Shown: piece by piece, positions 1 to 8,089 of the stretch
Layout: each line of letters begins with the position of its first letter
How positions within the stretch are numbered: the stretch's first letter is position 1
Source of the DNA: Candidatus Hadarchaeum sp.
Lineage (GTDB): Archaea; Hadarchaeota; Hadarchaeia; Hadarchaeales; Hadarchaeaceae
Direction of reading: 5' to 3'
Length of the DNA: 24,000 bases
Assembly (NCBI GenBank): GCA_020725895.1
Contig: DYTO01000006.1
Location: 17,725-41,724, forward strand
Made by a program: the position numbers and the translations under genes
Notes under the pieces: model-generated
Databases searched by the model: none
Told to the model about the DNA's origin: nothing
The model's input: the letters and a program-made list of their open reading frames with translations, nothing else

Positions 1-995
1 AGAACACCGTCAGGTACAGGATTTACGACCTTTTCAAAAAAGGCGAAGAAAAGTTCTGCCTGGAAACTATCGCGCGCATCGTGAAGATAAACGAACTCGA
101 CGTCGCAAAGCCCAGGGTCGCTGGGGTCGAGATACCCCAGCAGGACATCTTCAAGATTCGCGACAAGCGGCTGCAGAAGGACGGTGTCGTGGAGGTTGAC
201 AGCTGGCTTCTCCCCCAGTACCTCCCCAAATATGCCGTTCACTGGACTGGCCTTTCGCCGATCCTTAGGCACGGAAGGCTCGACATGACGGACATGTATC
301 TGGTCGGAGGGTGGGCCGTGTTAACGACGAGAGATTTGTGGGACATTTACGCCGAGCTCATTGGAGCGAAAACGGAGGAATACATCCAGTCAGTTTACGA
401 GCGCATGCTTGAGACCAGCGCCCCGCCGCTGCCAGTTCTGACGGAAGTCGGAGGCAGGATTTCATCCCTAGTCCCGAAGGCGCCAGAGTCAAGGGGAGGG
501 TTCAGCATGCAGGGCGGGAAGCTGCGCCCGGAATTTTTCCCGCCCTGCATCAACTTGGTCCTGGGTGGCGTCGGTTCCGGGATGAGAAACTTCGCGATCG
601 TGATGCTGCTCACATCATTCCTTACTTACGCGAGGTTCCCGCCAAGGGGAAGATTGGTCACGAAGATTTCGGACACGACCGACGACATCTCCCCGCTGAA
701 GGAGGAAGTCGCGCCGCTGATATTCGAGGCCGCGGACAAGTGCAACCCTCCGTTTTTCAGGGACCAGCCACAGGAAAAGACGAACGTCTACTATCACATG
801 GGCCTCGGGATGACCACCGAGCCCAAGATCGGGGATTCTGGCAGGTCAAAATGGTACAGGTGCCCGAATTGCACGAAGGTCCAGATATCGGCGCCGCCGC
901 TCTGCAGGCCTGACGAGTTCTGCAGGAGCATCAAGAACCCGCTGACGTACTACTTCCGGAAAAAGTCGGAGAGCTACAAGAATGGGGGTTCATGA
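1..995 (+). CDS. priL: DNA primase large (regulatory) subunit PriL, probably 5'-partial (frame open back to nt 3; first candidate start is GTG at 81)
   Basis: The C-terminal half shows the PriL Fe-S domain pattern (FFPPCINLVL, ADKCNPPFF, CRPDEFCRSIKNPLTYYF). There is no in-frame stop between nt 3 and 81. The stop TGA overlaps the ATG of the catalytic primase gene (ATGA at 992-995). Confidence 0.8.
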   Translation, partial: NTVRYRIYDLFKKGEEKFCLETIARIVKINELDVAKPRVAGVEIPQQDIFKIRDKRLQKDGVVEVDSWLLPQYLPKYAVHWTGLSPILRHGRLDMTDMYLVGGWAVLTTRDLWDIYAELIGAKTEEYIQSVYERMLETSAPPLPVLTEVGGRISSLVPKAPESRGGFSMQGGKLRPEFFPPCINLVLGGVGSGMRNFAIVMLLTSFLTYARFPPRGRLVTKISDTTDDISPLKEEVAPLIFEAADKCNPPFFRDQPQEKTNVYYHMGLGMTTEPKIGDSGRSKWYRCPNCTKVQISAPPLCRPDEFCRSIKNPLTYYFRKKSESYKNGGS

Positions 996-1945
996 TGTTC
1001 AGAAAATCCACGGCCGAGGAGAGGATTAGGTTCTATCGCGAGGAGTGGAACAGGCGAGACGTCCCCGATTTCATCATGCACACGCTTTCTCTCAGGGAGT
1101 TCGGTTTCGACCTCGATGGGAGCGGCCCCAACTGCAGGTACAACCAGTTCATGATGGCCGAGCAGCTGGAGGACTTCCTGAAGAACAAGGCACCCTATTC
1201 CGCTTATGCGAGCGTCGCGCTGTACGAGAAGCCTTCGAAGCGCGAGGATTGGTTGAAAGCGGAACTCGTCTTTGATATAGACGCGAAAGACCTGCCGCTG
1301 AAGCCCTGCAAGTGCTCAGCCGGGGAAGTCTGCGAGAAGTGCATTGAAGAGGCCAGAGTAGTCGCAGCCGGCCTTGCAGACACTTTGAAGAACGATTTGG
1401 GGTTGAGGAACGTGAACTTCGTCTATTCCGGCAGGGGCTTCCACATCAGGGTTTTCGACGATTCCGTCATGCAGCTTGGCCAAAGCGAACGTTCGCAGGT
1501 CATCAACTACATCACTGGGGCCACCGTGCCGCCCCAGATGACGATGAACCTCGGCTATTCGAGAGTCTTCCGCGAGCGGGCGGCAAGGGCATTCGAAAGG
1601 CTCGACGAGAGCAAGGTCACGGAAGTTGTGAAATCGAAAAGAGTCGTCCAGAAAATATTCTCAGAGAGAGAAAAAATCCTCGGAATAATCAAAAGCGGGA
1701 GAATAGAGGACATCTCAAATGTCGAGGGGGTCGGGTTGGAAACGATGAAGAAGCTCTTGGGCCAAATAGCCAAGCTGAACTCCGGTCTGACGGACGGAAA
1801 GGTGACGGTCGACACGAAGAGGATTCTTCGCCTGCCTTCCAGCCTGCACACCGGCGTAAGTATGAAATGCATCCTCGTGAGGAGCTTGGACAGTTTCAAG
1901 CTGGAGGACGCCGTGCCCAAGTTCATGAGAGAGGGTGGGGCGTAA
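992..1945 (+). CDS. priS: DNA primase small (catalytic) subunit PriS
   Basis: Archaeo-eukaryotic primase motifs are present: the acidic catalytic ELVFDIDAKD, then SGRGFHIRVFD, then RLPSSLH. It is start/stop coupled to priL upstream and to the next gene downstream. Confidence 0.9.
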   Translation: MMFRKSTAEERIRFYREEWNRRDVPDFIMHTLSLREFGFDLDGSGPNCRYNQFMMAEQLEDFLKNKAPYSAYASVALYEKPSKREDWLKAELVFDIDAKDLPLKPCKCSAGEVCEKCIEEARVVAAGLADTLKNDLGLRNVNFVYSGRGFHIRVFDDSVMQLGQSERSQVINYITGATVPPQMTMNLGYSRVFRERAARAFERLDESKVTEVVKSKRVVQKIFSEREKILGIIKSGRIEDISNVEGVGLETMKKLLGQIAKLNSGLTDGKVTVDTKRILRLPSSLHTGVSMKCILVRSLDSFKLEDAVPKFMREGGA

Positions 1946-2496
1946 TGGCTGAAATGACCACAGAGAAAATTTTAGATATATACAAGAAGGAGATGGCGTC
2001 GCAGGAGTTGCTTGAACTTCCCGAGAATTTTTACGAGGACGTCGCGAAAGTCGTCTCAAGTCTCGCCGACTCGAAAAAGTCCGATCCGATACAGCGCGAG
2101 ATGCTTGAGGAAGAGCTGAAAAAAGTTGTTTTTCTCGTCAGGGAGATACACAACACCCGAGTCTTGAAGGCGATTGACCGCCTGATGGTCGGCGAAATCC
2201 CCTCCCCGATCCTTGAACGCGAGAGGACGACATTCCAGGAAATGAGGCAAAGCTTGGAGAAGCTTCACTCAGAGCTAGTTTTGCCCGCGGTAGAAGGCAA
2301 GACCTCAGTTTCAGCGCCCGCGGAGAGAAAGAGGGTCGCGATAATGATGCGCGCGGACATCGAGGACAGGATAATGGGGTCCGACATGAAGTTTTACGGG
2401 CCGTTCAAGCGCGGCGAGGTATTCAGCCTGCCGGAGTCGAACGCCTCTTCATTGGTCAAGCACGATTACGCCAGAACCATCAAAATAAGGGTTTGA
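1945..2496 (+). CDS. GINS complex subunit, Gins51-like
   Basis: Start placed at ATG 1945 (TAATG overlap with the priS stop), not the track start at 1867, which lies inside priS. The N-terminus MAEMTTEKILDIYKKEMASQELLELPENFYEDV...REIHNTRVLKAIDRL resembles archaeal Gins51. Size (183 aa) and position next to priS fit the known conserved arrangement. Confidence 0.6.
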   Translation: MAEMTTEKILDIYKKEMASQELLELPENFYEDVAKVVSSLADSKKSDPIQREMLEEELKKVVFLVREIHNTRVLKAIDRLMVGEIPSPILERERTTFQEMRQSLEKLHSELVLPAVEGKTSVSAPAERKRVAIMMRADIEDRIMGSDMKFYGPFKRGEVFSLPESNASSLVKHDYARTIKIRV

Positions 2497-2562
2497 AGCC
2501 CAAAAAACCGCATTGTGAAACCGTTTTATGTGTGCAGTTGAAATGTCTGCGGGGAACAACAG

Positions 2563-2841
2563 ATGAACTTGCCCAAAAAAATAAGGACATACTGCCCAAC
2601 GTGCAAGAAGCACACAGAGCATAGCGTGTCGCAGGCGAAGAAGCGTCCAGCGCGAGCATTGAGCTGGGGACAGCGACAGTTCAGGCGCACACAGAAGGGT
2701 TACGGCAGCCAGCCCAGGTCTGAGCAGCACAAATTCTTCAAGACAACGAAGAAGATAACGCTGCTCTTGAAGTGCAGCAAGTGCAACAAGTCGCACCCCC
2801 TCAAAGGATTCAGGAGCAAGGCGGTAAAGTTCGGTGAGTGA
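2563..2841 (+). CDS. rpl44e: 50S ribosomal protein L44e (eL42)
   Basis: 92-aa basic protein with two CxxC pairs (CPTCKKH ... CSKCNK) and KRPARALSWGQRQFRRTQKGYGSQ, typical of L44e. A TATA-like TTTTAT lies about 35 nt upstream. Confidence 0.9.
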   Translation: MNLPKKIRTYCPTCKKHTEHSVSQAKKRPARALSWGQRQFRRTQKGYGSQPRSEQHKFFKTTKKITLLLKCSKCNKSHPLKGFRSKAVKFGE

Positions 2842-3019
2842 GATGAAAGCGAAGTTTTTGAAGGTAAGATGCACGGGTTGCGGGAACGAGCAGTCAGTGT
2901 ACAGCCACGCCAGCACCATCGTGAGATGCAATGTCTGCGAGAAGACCCTTGCCACGCCTACAGGGGGGAAGGCCGAGATGAAGGGGATAGTGATCGGGGC
3001 GGTCGAGCAGAGTGGTTAG
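2834..3019 (+). CDS. rps27e: 30S ribosomal protein S27e (eS27)
   Basis: Zinc-ribbon pattern KVRCTGCGNEQSVYSHASTIVRCNVCEKTLATPTGGKA. The start is either GTG 2834 (overlapping the rpl44e stop) or ATG 2843. Confidence 0.85.
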   Translation: MSEMKAKFLKVRCTGCGNEQSVYSHASTIVRCNVCEKTLATPTGGKAEMKGIVIGAVEQSG

Positions 3020-3803
3020 GCGTAAATCGGAGTGGCCAGAAGTCGGGGAATTGGTAGTCTGCACAGTCACCAAAATTTTCAATCAGGGCGTTTTTGTCAC
3101 CCTTGACGAATATAATAAAAATGAAGGGATGGTCCACATCTCGGAGATTGCTTCCGGGTGGATCAAGAACATACGGGACCACGTCCGGGAAGGCCAAAAG
3201 AACGTTTGCAGGGTTCTTGCTGCAGACCCTTCCAGAAAGTCCCTCGACCTGTCAATCAGGCGCGTCAAGGACAACGAGCGCAGGTGGAAGGCAGAGAGGT
3301 TGAAACTTGAGCAGCGTGCCGAAAAGCTGCTAGAACTCGCCGCGAAGAAATTGGAAAAGAATCTTGACCAGGCCTATGACGAGGTCGGCTATTCCTTGGA
3401 GGAGAAGTTCGGCGACCTCTACTCGGCGTTCGAGGCCATTTCAAAGGACATCAAAAAAGTCGAAGAGGTAGTGAAGGACAAGAATTGGATGAACGCCCTG
3501 AGCGAATTGGCCACGGCCACCGTCCAGACGCCAACTTACAAGGTCGTCGGGCAGGTCTCCCTGATGAGCACTGCGTCCGACGGCGTCGAGATATTGAAAG
3601 CCGCGATGCTCAAAGCGAGGGAGTTTGCGAAGGATGATTCCAAGGTCGAGTTCTATTTGATCGGCTCCCCGAGGTACAGGATAGAGGTGTCGGCAAAGTC
3701 ATACAAATCGGCGGAGAACGCCCTGAAGCACGCCGCAGACATAGCGATAGACGAGGTCGTGAAATCTGGCGGCAGAGGAGAATTCGCGAGGGGAACGAAG
3801 TGA
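3012..3803 (+). CDS. eif2a: Translation initiation factor aIF2 alpha subunit
   Basis: N-terminal S1 domain (PEVGELVVCTVTKIFNQGVFVTLDEYNKNEGMVHISEIASGWIKNIRDHV), followed by helical and alpha-beta domains. The GTG start overlaps the rps27e stop (GTGGTTAG). This is the conserved S27e-aIF2alpha-Nop10 order. Confidence 0.9.
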   Translation: MVRRKSEWPEVGELVVCTVTKIFNQGVFVTLDEYNKNEGMVHISEIASGWIKNIRDHVREGQKNVCRVLAADPSRKSLDLSIRRVKDNERRWKAERLKLEQRAEKLLELAAKKLEKNLDQAYDEVGYSLEEKFGDLYSAFEAISKDIKKVEEVVKDKNWMNALSELATATVQTPTYKVVGQVSLMSTASDGVEILKAAMLKAREFAKDDSKVEFYLIGSPRYRIEVSAKSYKSAENALKHAADIAIDEVVKSGGRGEFARGTK

Positions 3804-3805
3804 AG

Positions 3806-3961
3806 ATGAAGAAATGCAAATCCTGCGTGACTTACACTATGAAGGAAAAATGCCCGACGTGCGGAGGCGTCACTGTTTCGCCGCACCCCCCGAAGTTTTC
3901 ACCTGCGGACCCTTACGGAAAGTACAGGCGTGCGCTGAAGAAGGAGGCGGGGGTCGCCTAA
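3806..3961 (+). CDS. nop10: H/ACA RNP component Nop10 (51 aa; below the ORF-track size cut-off)
   Basis: Hand translation gives MKKCKSCVTYTMKEKCPTCGGVTVSPHPPKFSPADPYGKYRRALKKEAGVA. That is the Nop10 zinc ribbon plus the PPKFSP.D.Y..YR motif. The stop TAA overlaps the next ATG (TAATG at 3959-3963). Confidence 0.85.
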   Translation: MKKCKSCVTYTMKEKCPTCGGVTVSPHPPKFSPADPYGKYRRALKKEAGVA

Positions 3962-4722
3962 TGAAGAAGACCGTGCTCAACATCATAAAAAGACCGGTCG
4001 TCAAGAATCCGATAATGATCGAGGGCCTGCCAGGTATGGGTTATGTTGGCAAGCTCGCTGTAGAGCACCTGGTCAACGAGATTCATGGTGAAAAATTCGC
4101 GGAACTATTCTCCCCGCATTTCCCGCACCACGTTTCCGTGGAGATGGGCGGGGTGATCAGGCCGCTCAAGAACGAGATATTCCACGCGGCCGTCGATGGG
4201 CAGGACCAGATAATGTGGGTCGGGGACGTCCAGCCGCTCACGCCCGAGGGCCATTACGAGGTCGTGGAGAAAGTTCTGGACATGTGCTGGGATTTGAAGG
4301 TGAAAGAGATCTACACGCTCGGCGGTTACGCGACGGGCAAGTACTCGGAGAAGTGGCCGAAGGTCATAATACTCGGTGACCCGGAACTGACAAAGAAAGC
4401 AGAGAGGTTCGGCGCGTCTGCCGAGATCGGAGGTGGCCCGATAATCGGCGCGGCTGGGCTTCTGATCGGGCTTGGGAAGCTTCGTGGAATGAAGGGGGCC
4501 TGCCTTCTGGGCGAGACGCACGGGATGGTCGTTGACCACAGGGCGGCAAAAGCCGTTCTTGACGTGCTGACGAGCGTCATGAAGATAAAAGTGAACATGA
4601 TCAATCTGGAGCAGAGGGCAAAGAAGACCGCGCAGCTAATGGAGCGGCTCAGGGAAGAGATGGAGCGCAGGAAGAAGGATGAGCATGCGCACGCAGAAGA
4701 TGAGCCGTCTTACATTGGTTGA
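3961..4722 (+). CDS. PAC2-family protein (proteasome assembly chaperone-like, COG1938-type)
   Basis: Start placed at ATG 3961. The track's 3814 start would run through nop10 in another frame. The N-terminus MKKTVLNIIKRPVVKNPIMIEGLPGMGYVGKLAVEHL is typical of archaeal PAC2 proteins, and the position after nop10 is conserved. Confidence 0.65.
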   Translation: MKKTVLNIIKRPVVKNPIMIEGLPGMGYVGKLAVEHLVNEIHGEKFAELFSPHFPHHVSVEMGGVIRPLKNEIFHAAVDGQDQIMWVGDVQPLTPEGHYEVVEKVLDMCWDLKVKEIYTLGGYATGKYSEKWPKVIILGDPELTKKAERFGASAEIGGGPIIGAAGLLIGLGKLRGMKGACLLGETHGMVVDHRAAKAVLDVLTSVMKIKVNMINLEQRAKKTAQLMERLREEMERRKKDEHAHAEDEPSYIG

Positions 4723-4755
4723 AAAATTTTCACGGCATACAAAGAGAGTGAGCAT

Positions 4756-6000
4756 TTGAACTTGAGACCTTTCCACGTCGATCTGCACATACACTCGAAG
4801 TATTCCGGCGCGACATCACAGCGGATGGACATAGAGACAATTGCCCAGCAGGCGAAGCTGAAGGGCCTGGCGATAATAGGCACAGGAGACGTTTTTCATC
4901 CCGTTTGGTTCGAAAGCATCAAAAAGAGCCTTTCAAAAATCGACGAAGGAACTTTTGAACACTCTCGCTACGGCACACGCTTCGTGCTCTCTACGGAAGT
5001 CGAGGACAAGGACCGGGTCCACCACTTGATATTTTTTCCATCCGTGAGCGCCGTCGAAAGCGTCAGGGAAGTTTTTGCGAAGCATTCGCGCGAAATAGAC
5101 CTCGACGGCCGGGCCACTCTGAGCATTCCAGCAACCGAGATAGCGGACGTCGCAGTCGAGCATGGATGTCTCGTCGGCCCTTCCCACGCGTTCACTCCTT
5201 GGACGAGCATGTACAAGGAGTTCGACTCAATCGGCGATTGCTACAAGGATTCGGTCGGCAAGGTGAGTTTCTTGGAGCTCGGGCTCAGCGCGGACACGGA
5301 CCTCGCGGACAGGATCTCGGAACTTTCGGAGATAACCTTCATCTCATGCTCGGACGCCCACTCGCCTTGGCCCGACAAGCTCGGGCGGGAGTTCAACCGC
5401 ATGGAGCTGGACGACGCCACTTGGGAGGAGGTAGTTAAAGCGATAAGGCGCGAGGGAGGGCGCAGGATTTCACTTAACGTCGGGTTCGACCCGAGACTCG
5501 GAAAGTACCACCTCACCGCCTGCTCGCAGTGCTTCAAGCAGTTCGGGTTTGACGAGGCGAAGAAGTTGAACTGGAAATGCGACATTGACGGGGGCTGGGT
5601 CAAGAAGGGTGTTATTGACAGAGTGAACGAGCTCGCGGATTTTCCCGAACCGAGGCACCCGCCCCACCGTCCACCATATTTGAAAATCGCACCTCTAGCC
5701 GAGGTCGTGGCGCTGACGATCTCCAGCCCAGACCCCCACTCGCCTGAAGTGAGCGACGTCTGGCAAAAGCTCGTCAGGAAATTCGGCAACGAAATCTTCG
5801 TCTTGGTTGATGCGCCGCTCGAATCACTTGTCGAAAGTGCCGGGCCGCGGTTCGCAGCAGTTGTAAAAGCATTTAGGGAGAGAAATTTAAGGGTGGTAGC
5901 AGGTGGCGGAGGCCAGTACGGGCGCTTGGAACTCCCGGGAGAGTTCTCGAACGTGCTGCCGTCTCCATCGCAAAGGAAACTTTCGGAGTTCGGAATATGA
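4756..6000 (+). CDS. endoQ: Endonuclease Q (PHP-domain nuclease with Zn ribbon acting at deaminated bases)
   Basis: HVDLHIHSKYS PHP start, GPSHAFTPWTSMYKEFDS, LELGLSADTDLAD, SDAHSPWPDKLGREFNR, DPRLGKYHLTACSQC...WKCDIDGG and a GGGGQYG tail closely recall Pyrococcus EndoQ as I remember it. The start is TTG. Confidence 0.8.
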   Translation: MNLRPFHVDLHIHSKYSGATSQRMDIETIAQQAKLKGLAIIGTGDVFHPVWFESIKKSLSKIDEGTFEHSRYGTRFVLSTEVEDKDRVHHLIFFPSVSAVESVREVFAKHSREIDLDGRATLSIPATEIADVAVEHGCLVGPSHAFTPWTSMYKEFDSIGDCYKDSVGKVSFLELGLSADTDLADRISELSEITFISCSDAHSPWPDKLGREFNRMELDDATWEEVVKAIRREGGRRISLNVGFDPRLGKYHLTACSQCFKQFGFDEAKKLNWKCDIDGGWVKKGVIDRVNELADFPEPRHPPHRPPYLKIAPLAEVVALTISSPDPHSPEVSDVWQKLVRKFGNEIFVLVDAPLESLVESAGPRFAAVVKAFRERNLRVVAGGGGQYGRLELPGEFSNVLPSPSQRKLSEFGI

Positions 6001-6173
6001 AAGTGGACCCATCCCTCTGCATAAGGTGCGGGGCTTGCGTGAGCGTATGCCCATTCGACGCCATCGACGCGACCGACGGCTACGTGGCGGCGAACGAGAG
6101 ATGCACCGAGTGCGGGATATGCGAGAAAGTTTGCCCTGTGGGAGCGATTGAAGTTGCCAGAAAAAAAGTATGA
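5997..6173 (+). CDS. 2x[4Fe-4S] ferredoxin (58 aa; below the ORF-track size cut-off)
   Basis: Hand translation gives MKVDPSLCIRCGACVSVCPFDAIDATDGYVAANERCTECGICEKVCPVGAIEVARKKV, with two CxxCxxCxxxCP motifs. Its ATG overlaps the endoQ stop (ATGA at 5997-6000). Its 3' end overlaps the reductase start by 26 nt. Confidence 0.8.
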   Translation: MKVDPSLCIRCGACVSVCPFDAIDATDGYVAANERCTECGICEKVCPVGAIEVARKKV

Positions 6174-7341
6174 TGTAGTGATCGTGGGCGCGGGACCGGC
6201 TGGTTCGACGGCAGCCTATTCCGCCGCGAAGAACGGCGCGAAAGTCCTGATGCTTGACAGGCGAAGGGAGCTCGGCGTGCCTGTCCAGTGCGGGGAGGCG
6301 CTTGCAGAGGACGCTTTGAACGAACTGGGCATAAAACCAGACAGGCGCTGGGCCGTCAACCCGACGAACGCCGTGAACATAATCTCTCCCGGCGGCATCG
6401 AGATCCGAGTCGCAGAGAGGAAAGGAGGGAAAGTCGGTTTCGTCCTTGACCGCAAGCAGTTCGACAAGTTCCTCGCTGTCAGGGCGGCGGATGCGGGTGC
6501 GGAAACGATCGTTGGCACGTTTGTTTACGATATGGTGAAAAGGAACGGCAAAGCTGTCGGAGTGAAGGCGAAGGGAATTCACGAAAAGTTCGAAGTTGAG
6601 GCGGACGTGATAATCGGCGCCGATGGTGTCGGGTCGAGGGTCGCGCGCTGGGCAGGCTTGAAGTCGACGCTCAAGCTCGCGGACATAGAGACTTGCGCGC
6701 AGTTCCAGATGGTTGGTGTCGACATCGAGGCTCCTGAGCTGCTTGAATTTTATCTTGGAAGCAAAATCTCCCCGGCAGGCTACGCTTGGGTTTTCCCCAA
6801 GGGGAACGACCTGGCGAACGTTGGACTCGGCGTGCTCGGCAGCAAGGCGCAGAAGAGACCGATTGAATACCTGAAGGATTTCGTGGCGAGCAAGCCGAAG
6901 CTTTCGAAAGGGAGGGTCGTGGAGATCAACATCGGTGGGGTGCCGGTCTGCGGCCCGATGGACCAAACAGTAAAAGACAATGTCATGCTGGTCGGCGACG
7001 CGGCGCGGCAGGTGAACCCGCTCACGGGAGGCGGAATAGACTCGGCGATACGCGCGGGCAACATCGCGGGAGAGGTAGCGGCAAAGGCGATTTCTGAGGG
7101 CAACGTTTCGGAGAAGAGGTTGAACGAATACGACAAGCGCTGGAGGGAGCTGATGGGCAAGCGGCTCGAGCGATATCTGAAGGCGAAGGAGATTTTGCTT
7201 AGCCTTTCGGACGACGAGATGGACAGGCTCGCAAAGGCCCTCGCGGGAGTAAAGTTCGACGAGATCAGCCTCACGAAGATGCTCAAGGTTCTCGTGAAAT
7301 CGGACCCCAAGCTCCTGTGGAAGTTGAAGAAATTCATTTAG
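6148..7341 (+). CDS. Geranylgeranyl reductase (digeranylgeranylglycerophospholipid reductase family, FAD-dependent)
   Basis: FAD Rossmann motif YDVVIVGAGPAGSTAAYSAAKNGAKVLMLDRR, then CGEAL, GADGVGSRVARWAG, YAWVFPKG and LVGDAARQVNPLTGGGI. There is no in-frame ATG before the Rossmann motif, so the start is TTG 6148 or TTG 6154. Confidence 0.85.
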   Translation: MKLPEKKYDVVIVGAGPAGSTAAYSAAKNGAKVLMLDRRRELGVPVQCGEALAEDALNELGIKPDRRWAVNPTNAVNIISPGGIEIRVAERKGGKVGFVLDRKQFDKFLAVRAADAGAETIVGTFVYDMVKRNGKAVGVKAKGIHEKFEVEADVIIGADGVGSRVARWAGLKSTLKLADIETCAQFQMVGVDIEAPELLEFYLGSKISPAGYAWVFPKGNDLANVGLGVLGSKAQKRPIEYLKDFVASKPKLSKGRVVEINIGGVPVCGPMDQTVKDNVMLVGDAARQVNPLTGGGIDSAIRAGNIAGEVAAKAISEGNVSEKRLNEYDKRWRELMGKRLERYLKAKEILLSLSDDEMDRLAKALAGVKFDEISLTKMLKVLVKSDPKLLWKLKKFI

Positions 7342-7381
7342 TCTGCTCGGTTTTTATTGAAGTCAACCAAATCAAAACGGT

Positions 7382-8089
7382 GTGAAAATGCTGGTGGCCG
7401 CGATTTCGGATGTTCACGCGCCGAGATACTTCGATGATTTCAAGGCCGCGATATCTCGGCTCAAGAAATGCGACTTGTTGCTGTTCGCGGGCGACATAGT
7501 TTCTAAAAGCAGGCACGAGCAGGTTCCGGCGATTTTGGAGGCCGTGCGTGAAGTCTACAAAGGCCAGATAATCGCCTGCTTCGGGAATGAGGAGTACGAC
7601 CAGAGTTTGGATGAATTCAAAAAGTTCAAGGAAATCTCTTGGCTGAACGACGAGTCGGTTGTTGTTGATGTTGATGGCGTGAAAGTCGGGGTCGCCGGCT
7701 CACGCGGTTCCTTGGATAGGCCGACTTTTTGGCAGAGGACGCACGTCAACGAGATTTTCGAGACATATCGGAAAAGAGTGGAAAATATCGACAGCATGTT
7801 GGCCGAGCTCAAATCAGATTTGAAAATAGTGATCTCACACTACTCGCCGACTTACCTCACTCTTGAGGGCGAGCGCGAGTCTTCATGGCCGGAAATGGCA
7901 AGCAAGGCGATGGAAGAAGTTATCAAGAAAAGGCAGCCTGACGTCTGGTTCCACGGTCACATCCACAGGAGCACGAAACCAGAGGTTGAGATAGGGAGGA
8001 CGCTCGTGGTCGATGTCGCGCTCCCCGCTAGGAAAAACGTGACAGTTGTCGATCTTCCTAGAAAAACTGGGCTGGAAAAATTCGTCTAG
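7382..8089 (+). CDS. Metallophosphoesterase (calcineurin-like)
   Basis: Motifs ISDVH, FAGDIV, GNEEYD and a terminal HGHIH. The start is GTG 7382 or ATG 7388. A TATA-like TTTTATT lies about 30 nt upstream. Confidence 0.75.
   Translation: MKMLVAAISDVHAPRYFDDFKAAISRLKKCDLLLFAGDIVSKSRHEQVPAILEAVREVYKGQIIACFGNEEYDQSLDEFKKFKEISWLNDESVVVDVDGVKVGVAGSRGSLDRPTFWQRTHVNEIFETYRKRVENIDSMLAELKSDLKIVISHYSPTYLTLEGERESSWPEMASKAMEEVIKKRQPDVWFHGHIHRSTKPEVEIGRTLVVDVALPARKNVTVVDLPRKTGLEKFV

Noticed and set aside
2449-2955. 168-aa minus-strand ORF
   Set aside because: It is antisense to rpl44e and rps27e and has no recognisable motifs.
3814-3960. N-terminal extensions offered by the ORF track: 3814 for PAC2, 1867 for GINS, 14949 for the ATPase, 9483 for aspS, 22457 for nikR
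   Set aside because: Each extension either overlaps the preceding well-supported gene in another frame or adds non-conserved-looking residues. A downstream ATG with a Shine-Dalgarno motif or an ATGA/TAATG coupling gives the canonical N-terminus.
5887-6966. 359-aa ORF on the minus strand
   Set aside because: It lies entirely antisense to the ferredoxin and geranylgeranyl-reductase genes, which have clear family motifs. Its translation is Arg/Pro/Ser-rich and low in complexity, typical of a shadow frame in GC-rich coding DNA.
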